From Octopus sinensis (taxonomy: Eukaryota), in contig NC_043006.1 in the NCBI RefSeq assembly GCF_006345805.1, positions 26,288,001 through 26,352,000 of the forward strand: 64,000 bases of DNA, in the 5' to 3' direction. A program made the translations under genes and the position numbers. The notes beneath the pieces were generated by a model. That model saw nothing but the letters and a program-made list of their open reading frames with translations. It searched no databases and was not told the DNA's origin. Positions 1-10,859 of the stretch are shown here, in pieces; position 1 is the stretch's first letter; every line of letters begins with the position of its first letter.

Positions 1-714
1 TTAATGTCTAGTAAATTAACTTCTTTAAAGTTAGTGTTAATTGTAGTTCTTAGATTCAGTTGGCTAAATATTTTGCATAATTTTTTCCTTATGTTAGCCA
101 TATCCAAAACCTCATGAACTTATGAATTTACAATGCCATGGACCAAGTTTGCATTATCCTCTGCTAAAGGAAAAAGCCTTCTTTACCAAGCGGTGATCTG
201 TACTAAAAATGGATTGGTAAGATATGTTGTATTCAAAGGAGACTTGTTCACAAGTACTCTATGTCACAAGAAAAGTTCATAAATCATTGACACTTGAGAA
301 CCCCACATTTTAAAAATAAATTTGCTGAATAAAAGATAAAACAAACCACCACTATTACTTGTGTGACACAAGCCAAAACACCTGCATTTGAGAACTGATT
401 GATGTACTGTGATATTTGTCAGAGAAACTTAATACTATTCACTAACCTACACCAATCTTAAACAAACGTAATGAACTTATTTCAATATACTGACACCGCT
501 CAGGCAGTTCTGGGCTTTGGTTTTTCCACGCACCAATTTTCTAACATTTACAATGAGAATTCATAAAAAGAGGATATGCTCTTCATATCATAGCCACAAA
601 CATAGTCACATACATTCCATGAAGTAATTACTTCTTATATATTAAAAAGAAAAAAAAATCACATGAACATTTCTAGTGTTGCATTGTTAATACAACTCTA
701 TCTTTTTCCAGAAA

Positions 715-1098
715 TCTCTCTCTATATAAACGGCAGTTTGTCTGTGCGTGTTTCTGTGTGTCTGTTTGCTTGTACCCTCACCCTGACCACGGCTTTCAAC
801 CGATTCTGATGAAACTTGACACACACATAGCCCAATGTCATAATTCAAAACTAACGCAGAGAAAATTTTTAAAAGTTCCCCAAGTTCTGAAAAAAATCGA
901 TAAATTCGACATGGGGTCGAGAATCAGAAACACAAACCACAAACTGTCTAGGGGACGCAACTCCACCTTTTTTAACTCTCCAAAAAAATTTACCATCATT
1001 TTTTCTCATTTTTTTGCTATTTTTTGGCTATAACTCTCTAAAAATGCTTTATAGTTATTTCCCTTACAAACCTGAGCAACGCCGGGCGATACTGCTAG
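715..1098 (+). mobile_element. Non-autonomous Helitron (~384 bp) in MED1 intron
   Basis: Starts A|TC (TCTCTCTCTATATAAA), ends with GC-rich hairpin CCTGAGCAACGCCGGG then CTAG|T; inserted between A and T with no TSD; 3' ~50 bp nearly identical to element at 58549-58943. Confidence 0.85.
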
Positions 1099-1230
1099 TC
1101 ATTGATATTTTTCTACCCATTCTGATTATATATAACAAAAAAATTAGAATCTATATATAAATGAATATTACTATTTTTGATAAAAAGAAATGGGGGTGGG
1201 GAACCCCACACATATAAGAAACACACTTAC

Positions 1231-1418
1231 TTTTGGTTCTCCTTGGTGAGCTATCTTAACATCCTTAGCCATGCCAGTTTTGTCCATTGCTACTTGGATA
1301 TAAAACATATCAGAACCAACAAACAACTGTGATTCGGGTCCACTGGGTGGAGTAAAACTTAATCCAACTTGCCGGGCAACCGCTTCCAATTGTTCCACAA
1401 GATTTAACTGAGAAAGCA
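1231..1418 (-). CDS. MED1: MED1 coding exon (188 nt, phase 1 to 0): (V)LSQLNLVEQLEAVARQVGLSFTPPSGPESQLFVGSDMFYIQVAMDKTGMAKDVKIAHQGEPK
   Basis: Canonical AG/GTAAGT boundaries; peptide matches the MED1 N-terminal domain (LEAVARQ.GL, SDMFY.., DVK.AH.G); frame continuous with upstream exons. Confidence 0.92.
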
Positions 1419-2235
1419 CTACAATATATAATTAAACAACATATAATTACAGAGTAAACTTTAGGAATATACACAAAATAGCAAAATCAATTTTTAGATT
1501 ACCTAGAGTAAAAAAAGGAAGGTAGAAACAAAGATGCCTGGCAAGATAGGTCAACTAATACAAAATCATCTGTGTATCTATGTGTCCATGCTAGTATGAG
1601 TTTGAACAAAAATTGTTATTTGCAGCATCATTTTCTTGTGTACAGATGCTCCGTTTGCTGCCAAAACTGACATGTATATCAAATATAAACTTTCTTTATT
1701 GAAAGCACAAAGTAGCCAGTCCTACTGTCAACAAAGAATGTCACCATCAGTAATGCTTTGCTAAAGCACAGACAAGATACACATATACACGTGTATACAC
1801 ATACTTGTACACACATATATATATATATATATAAATAAATATAAATATATATAAACATATATATATAACTTTTTTGAGAAAATTACCATATAGTGAAAAC
1901 ATTCATCAATATGAGCATGAGAATCAACTACAATGGTACAGGTATATAGATGAAAAAGTGCTCTAAGTTGATGCAGAAAAGTACCATTAAATAGACAAAA
2001 GATTGGTGAAGTACTGGTTGCTTAAGACTTATAACAGAGTTTCACTAACATGATGGTGGCTGCAGTTGTGCTATTTTGAAATTCCAATAAAATATTTCTA
2101 GTGTAAAAAGACAAATATTTAACAATGATATTAATATACAAGTTAGTAAATAGAATAGAAGTGAATTTATTTTCTAACAATATGAAATTAGCAGCTGTAA
2201 AAGGCAAGAAAGTAATATAATTTAAAGTAGGTTAC

Positions 2236-2314
2236 CTTTCATTGCTTTCTGTAAGGTGTCCAACCACCTCTGTAACTGGGGACGATCCACTGCATCTGAT
2301 TGGTGACGTTTGTC
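2236..2314 (-). CDS. MED1: MED1 coding exon (79 nt, phase 0 to 1): DKRHQSDAVDRPQLQRWLDTLQKAMK
   Basis: AG/GTAAC boundaries; LDTLQKAMK corresponds to MED1 LETLQKALK; not in the ORF track but phase-consistent with both neighbours. Confidence 0.9.
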
Positions 2315-2529
2315 CTACAAGAAATTTCAAATTAAAGTTGAGAATTTTTTTTTTTTTTAAATCTTAATTTTACTACAGAACAGGTATAAAGTGAAACAGC
2401 ATAAAGGCTAAATATATATCTATAGGATATGAGACAGTATAAATCCCTGAAAAAACATAATTATAGGCAAATCTTTGAATTTAGATAAGAAATCATGTCT
2501 TATTACCTATCTCTGAAGAAAACATTTAA

Positions 2530-2738
2530 CTCTTTAACAGTAGAAATCAGATATATCCACCCAAAATTTCATTACTCTTAACTGTGGAAAACAGTTTTAT
2601 ACACCAACCTATTTTTTGTTCAAATAAGTCAAGTCTACCTAGAAAATGTAACTTGCCGAAAATACCAATTGTATTTTTTGGTAGATATTTAACGTCATTA
2701 CTGGAATAAGCAAGAAATTTAATTTTGCAGTTAAAGGG
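2530..2738. mobile_element. piggyBac-type MITE
   Basis: TTAA on both sides (2526-2529, 2739-2742); imperfect TIR CTCTTTAAC / GTTAAAGGG. Confidence 0.7.
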
Positions 2739-3513
2739 TTAAAAATCTCCAATAATGATATTGTATAGGTTCAGTAGCATCATTTTCTTCCATTTGTCTG
2801 TATTTGCACACGTTAAACTTTACTAAACCTGATCATAACTTTTGAAACATGTATATCAAAGCATGTCCAACTATTCTATCTTCATATACTGAAACACATG
2901 TATTAAAACTAATATAATATTCAATCTTTGCTGTCATGCTAGAATATGAAAAAAGAAAAGAAAAAGAAAGAAATTAATGTCAATTCTAAAACATCTACAG
3001 TAAAATTGAAATAATTTTGCTCTATAATGATCCAACCAGATTTCAAAACATACCCTACCATCTCTTAAAATTAAAATATATTGGATAATCTAGTCCAAAA
3101 TAAAGAGGTGGAATGACATAGCAAGAGTGCCTTTGTTCATAGATCTGCTCTATCAGAGCTAACCTGGAGGAAAAACCTCAGAAAAGCAATAACAGTGAAA
3201 ATGGCACTGAATTTGTGAATTATAGAAAGAAAAATCATATTTAAAATAAAGTTAATAAGGTGAAAGTTTAAAAAATTGATTAACTCTTTATGTTCACACT
3301 ATGGCAGGGGAAGATTTTTTAAAGACATCTAATATACACCCTCTTGCTTTTTACTTAAAATATTGCAGCTAAAATTAAAATTTGAATATTAAATGCTAGG
3401 GTACAGCACCACTGATTGAGAGTGGAACACTTCTACATATAACATTCACATATTTTAAATTATGTGTGTATGTAGATGCAAAAGACACAAATTTACTTTT
3501 TGAAAATTCAGTA

Positions 3514-3733
3514 TTCTTTTACATGTTTCAGTCATTTGACTGCAGCCATGCTGGAGCACTGTCCTAAAGGATTTTAGTCGAAGAAATCGCCCCCAGGACA
3601 TATTCTTTGTAAGCTTAGTACTTATTCTATCAGTGTCTTTTGCTGAACTGCTAAGTTACAGGGACATACACACACCAACATCAGTTGTCAAGTGATGGTG
3701 GGGGGGGGACAAACAGACACAAAGACACACATA

Positions 3734-3781
<48 letters not shown>

Positions 3782-3933
3782 CACACACACACAAGCACAC
3801 AGTGGGCTTCTTTCAGTTTCTGCCTACCAAATCCACACATAAGGCTTTGGTCAGCCCGAGGTTAGAGTAGAAGACACTTGCCCAAGGTGCCACGCAGTGG
3901 GACTGAACCTGGAATCATGTAGTTGGGAAGCAA
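3514..3933 (-). mobile_element. tRNA-derived SINE with central (TG)/(TA) microsatellite and CR1-type tail
   Basis: Box-B-like GGTTCAGTCCC head, conserved body shared with 49630-49935 and 59440-59660, tail CCAGCATGGCTGCAGTCAAATGACTGAAAC..TAAAAG. Confidence 0.8.
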
Positions 3934-4682
3934 TTGTATTGGTAGTTTTACTAACAAGTGTAATTTGTTGTGTGTGACAAATTACACTTAATAAAAAAAA
4001 AAAAAACATACCTTCTTAAAAACCATAAAATGTTTTATTCAGTGAAGCTAGGTTATTAATTGAATATAATTTCCTTTTGTCCTTCAACTGATTCTATCAA
4101 TCTCTCTAATTTCAATCCTAGTATCTTTCTGCACAATATTTTAGTTACCACCCAATTTGTTTGTCCTCTTATCACTGTTTATCAATAGGAAAATGGAATC
4201 AGTCTGGATGACAAGAGTTACAAAGTTTCACAGAAAAGATTTGCAGCTAAGATAATTTAAGATAATTTTTAGTATTTTTGGTACTGAAACAGATTAGCAC
4301 AAGTGGTTTAATTAGCACTGCCCTCCCTTAAAACCAACCGACTTAAAGCAGGCCCAGCTGCCATTAGTCTATCAACCGGTCATACTTCATTCTTTGTAGC
4401 TAAATGCCCTCCCCATGACCAAATATTAAGGGGAGCTTCAGTCTACCAGTGTAAACACCACTCCTCTTCATTCCATAACTGAGACAATATCAAACCCAGT
4501 TGCCACAGGCCTCCAGTAAGTATAATAACAATCATGATGATAATGATGACAGTGCAGCATCTGTAATAACATTCATAAAACTTCTAAAAATAAGGACCAA
4601 AAGAGTGAAATAGTTACTCATTCCTTTTGAATTCAAACAAGTATGATTTTAAAAATTAAAATGTTATATACAATTAACTTAC

Positions 4683-4789
4683 AGCCATAGCTACACGGAT
4701 AGCTTTAATACTTTCATTCCAAGACCGCTGTAATGGCCCCCGGTTACGAAGCTTATCCATGAGGATAGCTAATTTATGATTTTGGATAC
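4683..4789 (-). CDS. MED1: MED1 coding exon (107 nt, phase 1 to 0): (G)IQNHKLAILMDKLRNRGPLQRSWNESIKAIRVAMA
   Basis: TTTTGCAG acceptor and GTAAGT donor; LMDKLR...SWNESIK resembles MED1 LLERL...PWSETIK; joins in frame to 2314. Confidence 0.88.
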
Positions 4790-5009
4790 CTGCAAAACAT
4801 GGAAAATGAAGAATAAAAAAATTAAAAGAAAAATCAACAACAAAAATAAAAATAAAAATCAATAAACAAAAAGAAGAAATTAGAAATAAAATAAGAATAT
4901 AATGATTCATATAAATTTTATAAACCCTCAAATTATCATACATGTTTCATGTGCTACTTGAAAACTGGCTAACCCATGTCAGAACTGATTCAACATGCAA
5001 ACTGATTAA

Positions 5010-5228
5010 CCCTTTCATTACCAACCCGTATGAAACCGGCTCTGGCTCTGAGTACAAATGTCTTGTTTTCACAAGTTTTGAATTAAAATCTTCCACCAAG
5101 CCTTAGTCACAAGTTATGTTCCTAACACTAGTTGAATGATAACTAAGTTATTTTACTAAATTATTTGTTATATTTAAAGTAGCTGAAAGAAAAACAGAGC
5201 ATCTCAAAATAAATACAGTAACAAAAAT
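5010..5228 (+). mobile_element. piggyBac-type MITE (same family as 25247-25464), right TIR degraded
   Basis: TTAA-CCCTTTCATTACC start; internal sequence alignable to 25247-25464. Confidence 0.7.
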
Positions 5229-5231
5229 TTT

Positions 5232-5600
5232 AAGATATTGCTGCACCTCTTATGTGTCCATAGCTTACACTGGGTACATCTTATGGAGTTTCTACCTACA
5301 CCTTTTCTACAGATCGAGCAGGGCCATCTACCTAAAAGGATTTGTGGTTTGTCTGCCTTCCTACTTATTAAGACTTTAGTTTTTGTTACATTGACTCGAA
5401 GGCCCTTTGATTCTAGACCTTGCTTCCACACCTGAAACTTCTCTAGTTCTGATAGTGACTCAGCAATTAGAGCAAGGTCATCAGCATAGAGAAGCTCCTA
5501 GGGGCATCCTGTCTTGAATTCCTCTGTTATTGCCTGAAGGACAATGATGAATAAGAGGGGGCTGAGGACTGATTCTTGGTGGACCCCGGAATTCTTCACT
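5232..5600 (-). mobile_element. RTE-clade LINE fragment (RT end plus Cys-rich finger)
   Basis: Encodes ELLYADDLALIAES, WKQGLESKGLRVNVTKTK and PCSICRKGVGRNSIRCTQCKLWTHKRCS. Confidence 0.8.
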
Positions 5601-6367
5601 GTACTTGCTGAAAATGAATAAAAATAAAAAAGCTCCCAAACCAGACAAATCTATAACCAGAAGATTTGCCAAAAACTTATCATGCAAACTAAAGGTGTAA
5701 GTTTAGGTGATGTCCGAAATAGCAAATACAACTTCTCAGATTTTTCAAACTCATAATCTTTTATTACTTAAGGTTTGTGATTGAAGGTAGTACTTGGTGA
5801 TTATGATGATATGCATTGCATAAAACATTTGTGTATATCAATGGAGAGTTAAATTAAATGCAGAATAGAGTGGTTTTGGTTGCAGAGATACTACTAACAG
5901 AAGCATTTTTATTGGTAAGTAGCTGTTAAGATTCATCAAAACTGCCTAAGATCTCTTTGACAAGAAGACTATCATATTTTACAAGAAAAGTTTCTTTCAT
6001 GATAGTTTAAAAACATTATGCAACTGGAAATGTATGTCTCCCAACTAGTGCTAGTACTGTATTTATGAGTTCTAGCTGCAAAAGTAGTGTAGATTCTATC
6101 CAACCATTTTAAGGATGTTGGGGATGTAGACAGCTATATTCTTGTTTGGTTTCTTTATCAAGGTCAGAAGTGAAGTCGATCACCATCAATTTCATCAATT
6201 TTGACTTGTGAAATGTTTCTGGGTGTAAACTATATGATGAAACTAGTTGGTGGAAATGTGGTTGCATTAGAGAAATGGTTAAAGATTTGTAGGATTCTGA
6301 GGCCAGTGAAAATTATGAAGACTGAATCAAGGAGTAGGACTTTTAGCAAAATATTTCAGGAGGTTAA

Positions 6368-8000
6368 CCCTTTTGTTACCAACCAGCCTGAAGCCACCCA
6401 AGAATTCCTTTGGCCTATGTTACCTACCCAAATGTACCCACCTGAAATAACCTATTTGTATTTAAATGAGAATTTCAGAGTAAATCTTGTTAATAAATTT
6501 GTGAAAACACATGGTTTCACTACGTAAACAATTGAGTTATAGTATCCAACATTATTTGATGATATCTGAGTTTTGTAAATTTTTGGAGATTTTTTTCCCT
6601 ATTTCATTCTACATTTATTTCTGAAAATTTTTAATATCGACACAAAATGGATACCAGTTTCATGTTGTCAAGAAGTGAATCAGAATTTGAAGGCTTTTTG
6701 ACAGAAGACATGGAGATATCAAGCAAAATATACAGTCAACATAAAATCCATAAAGTGTGTGATTATGAATCAGATATTTTGATTTCCAAAAGTGATTCTG
6801 ATAACTCTGAAAACAACAAAGAAAATGGATTTGTACCTGAATGGAGTAAAAGTTAGAAAACTGTTTTTCTTAATGATTTTTCTGAAGAAGCTGGACCTAG
6901 TCACAGTCTTTCCCAGGAAACAAAACCGTTAGATTTATTTATTTATTTTTTCTCTCTCTTTGTTTGAAGAAAGTACTGCAGAAATGAATTAAGTAGAATA
7001 TAAACAAAGATGAAAGATAGTTTGTGGTCTTCTACATGCTTGGACGAAATCTGAGCATCTTTTGCTATTAAAATTATTATGAGTATAAGAAAGCTACTGA
7101 CGAACCTTTTGGAGACCAATATATTTCTAGTATTATGGCAAGGACCTGATTTTTTAAATTATTGCAATATCTATAAATAAGAGACACTAACAGTACACTA
7201 GTACTTTGAGCCCTTATTCAAAATAAAATTCATAAACTGCATTCAAAATGCATATGAAAAAAAAAACAATAATGTAAGCTAGCATGGCCTAGAGGGTGAT
7301 GTAGTCTGGAATTTATCGCCTCCATTCTATAACAAGGGCAGTATATTATTTTTTAGCCAGTTTTTCAGTTCATTCAAATATGTGGTAGAATTAGAAGCTC
7401 TGGTAACATATACACATGCTACAATGGTTACAAGTAGAAAGGGATGCTGTTGGATATAAAAAAGCGAAATTTTTTAAAATAGGTGAAATAATCAAACAGC
7501 GAAAGGAAATTTGCTAGCATTGACACCTCTTTTGTGAACTTCAACTATAACAGGCACATGGGTGGTGCAGATCAGCTGAATCAAATGATGGGTTATTACC
7601 CAGCTGGTAAACCAGATAACAAGTGGTGACAATATCTGGTTTGATATATAATAAATATTGAGTATTGTTAATATATTTATACTATATACTAAATCAAGAA
7701 GGTGCTTGAAACAATACAACCATCTGCAGTTCCGAGCAGATGTAGCAACACAATCTAGATGCTACATCTAGACAACATATCTGGTTACATGTTACTCCTT
7801 ACCTGTGACTTTTTCACAAGGCATAATTCTTGTCCCCTAGCCACTCTTTTCACCAAATTTGGCCCTTGTGGATTTTAAGTTCTTAAAGTTGAGAGGATGA
7901 TAAAAGATGAAGAAAATATACTACAAGAACTGTGCCCTATTGAATGCACAGTCAAGGATGTATTCTCAAACTGAAAAAACCATGGGCAGTTATGCATCAA
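6368..8000 (+). mobile_element. Decayed piggyBac (PGBD4-like) element, subfamily A, right end missing (end approximate)
   Basis: TTAA-CCCTTTTGTTACC TIR; acidic N-terminus SESEFEGF; frameshifted transposase remnants homologous to 50365-52360. Confidence 0.75.
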
Positions 8001-8461
8001 CTCTGAAGACAGTAAATTTTAAGTAAAGCAATAAATTTGTTTTTTTTTTATTTTTCAAAAAGTTTGATTTCTTTTTTGGTCAGACCTCATTTCTGTTTGT
8101 ACACAACCTGTTTATTTGAATGTATTCAAAATGAGTGCTACTTTCAATTTTGAATATGAATTTAAAGAATAACCATTTATTTTGATGCCACAATTAGTAT
8201 TTTAGTTTGCTTTCACAAGAAATGGGAATTTCAAGAGAAGTCATTTTCTTCATACTTATGGGTAATATTTATATATTCATCAATATTATAAATGGTATAA
8301 TTAAGATTTATTAAAACCAAGACAAATAATATTTAATAAAATATTACAACAGTATTAAATCCATATTTAAGACACTTCACTTTCAATAGTCTTGTCTCTT
8401 AAGCTGAAAACATGTACTCCCAACAGCAGAAGGCAGTGGCAATATTAACTAGTTTCTTTAA

Positions 8462-9995
8462 CCCTTTCGTTACTATATTTCTGACCAAAATACACCCCTC
8501 ATGAGTTTCAATTAAATTCTAAAATAATCATGAGTTTAGGCTTGTTTCATTAAATAACTGTAACTTTTTTACTTATCAACATTTTAATGTGATATTTGGA
8601 ACATAATTAAAGAAAGGGTTCTTAATCAATTCTATTGCATAACTTTTGTCTCAAAGTGACTTTAATTACAGGTAAATCCTGGTAAATTGAGCAAAAGGTA
8701 AAAATATTAAAATTTTAAATTGAGCAAAAGGTAAAAATATTAAAATTTTTAATTGAGCAAAAGGTAAAAATATTAAAATTTTGTTTAAACATCACCATAG
8801 AAAATGAATCATCAGCTAATATTCAAATGGGTATGCAACAAAATTTTGATAAAGAAGAATTGTGCACATCACTAGATCATCAGTTGAATTTAATGCACAA
8901 CAGGTGTACCATAAAGGTGGAATAAACTGAAATACTGGAATCCACCGCTAGTTTGACCGAACTAAAGAAATTGGTAAAAAAATATTATACGGCCCTGGTT
9001 ATGGTATGGAAGTGATAAATTCCAGACCACATCGTTCCCTAGGCCATGCTGACTAACATTACTTTCCCTGTATAAAAACTAAATCCACCGCAGTACCCAG
9101 TAATTACTTCACAAATTTTCCGAAATTTGATCCCCCATTTTGTGTTTGTTTACAATCTGCATAAATTTGTTTCCGCATTGATCGCTTCAAACAATAACTT
9201 CCAGACCACATCATACCCTAAGCCATGCTGACTAACATTAGTTTCCCTGTATAAAAACTAAATCCACAACAGTACCCAGTATTTGCTTCACAAATTTTCC
9301 AAACTTTGATCCCCCATTTTGTGTTTGTTTACAATTTGCGTAAATTTGTTTCCGCATTGATCACCCCAAACAAGCATACTGAAAAAAATAAAAGTCTAAT
9401 GGTTTCGCTTCCTAAGAAAGACTATAGATAAACTCTATCTCCTCAGAAAAATTGCTAATAAAAACATTTTTTAAGTTTTTTACTTCAAATCGTCTTTGCT
9501 GTCACCATCGCCAATTTGTTTCTTCGGAATCGCTGCTTTCATTTTCGGCTAAAAAAATATCCTATTCATTATTTTGTACACCACGTGCTTTTGTACCTAT
9601 TTCATTCTTTTTCCCGATATCTCCCTATTTTCCGTTGAAAAAGCTTTAAATTCGGAATCAATGCTTGATAACATGAAACTCCTATCCATTTTCAAAGTTG
9701 AAGAAAAATCGATGCCGAAAAAAATGTGGAAAAAAAATCTCCCAAAATTCAGGGAATTAAAATTACACGTCGATTGTTGTACAAAACTGTAGACGAACTG
9801 TTTACGAAGTATAATCACATGTTTTCATGAATGTACTAATGAGATTTGCTCTGATATTCTCATTTAAATATGAATAGGTAATTACAGGCGGTTTTGGGCA
9901 GCTTGGTCACATGAACCAAAATTTTTTTCGGGCAGCTTGGTCACATGAACCAAAATTTTTTTCGGGCAGCTTTGGGCGGTTTGGTAATGAAAGGG
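8462..9995 (-). mobile_element. Non-autonomous piggyBac deletion derivative, subfamily A, both ends intact (1534 bp)
   Basis: TTAA at 8458-8461 and 9996-9999; TIRs CCCTTTCGTTAC / GTAATGAAAGGG; 8462-8945 is the reverse complement of ~51900-52360; the 9995 end matches the 6368 end. Confidence 0.85.
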
Positions 9996-10019
9996 TTAAC
10001 TGGTAGTTTTCTCTGGCCT

Positions 10020-10620
10020 TCATCTGTCATATATGACCATGAATGGAGGTCCTAGTTGCCCACTCCACTGGAACAGTGCTGTCTATGACTGACTAGTCCA
10101 ATGTGCAAATGGTAGCCTCTATCACACAAGTTACATTTGTGGGCTGTCCCAGTGCTGTTCAAGTTGAAGTGCTCTTTTTTGTGGGTCTACCTAGGGAATT
10201 CAACAGAATCCAAACCTGAGCAGTATGGTATGGATGGCAGGTTGTTGCACATGCAGCATGCCCTCCCCGCTTTCTATATCACTGATGGATCCAAAGGAAC
10301 AGCATGGCCATTACAAATGGAACCAGTGTTGGTGCAGGAGTTACCAAAACAAGGTTGTAGACAACATCAAACTACCTCAGAGGCTCTGACTCCCAATTTT
10401 TCCTCAGGGTTTACTCTTGAAACCTTTCCCACATATGGGTATGCCCACAAGGAAATGACAGTTTAGAATAGGGGTTTTCCTTCCCTTAGATGGGTTGAAC
10501 CCCCAGGCTAACAATCTCTATCTGCTTGACTGACATGCTAATTAACCTATAGCTGAGACCCTGAAAGGTGCTAGTACTCCAAGTCAGAGTAGACTTGGGA
10601 ACAATAGTGGTTAAGAGGTG
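10020..10620. mobile_element. Probable RTE-family 5'-region remnant
   Basis: GC-richer island with motifs (GGATGGCAGGTTGTTG, TTTCCTTCCCTTAGATGGGTTG) that I recall from RTE-type 5' regions; no ORF support. Confidence 0.3.
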
Positions 10621-10859
10621 ATCTCACACTCCTTAAAACCTTAGAATTCCCAAACAAGTTTTAAGTCATACCCAGGACATAAACTGGTAGTGTTGAAACC
10701 AAAATCTTCCCATTATTGCAGTTTAGTATAGTAGCTTCATGCAACATAAATCAGTAGGCTGAAATTGATCTTTATAGTATAAATTTTAATAAAACAGTTA
10801 TAACACTTAATTTGGAAAAACTTACAATATTTCTACATATATAGTACACAATTTTTTAA

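Noticed and set aside
61-300. Next MED1 exon
   Set aside because: No frame resembles the expected SCPEL..F..F..HL segment and no convincing splice pair; the gene continues beyond the window.
780-800. CTGATGA matches here and at ~18961, 32551, 39138, 44843, 48884, 52074
   Set aside because: No stem II followed by GAAA and no stem I pairing; expected chance 7-mers.
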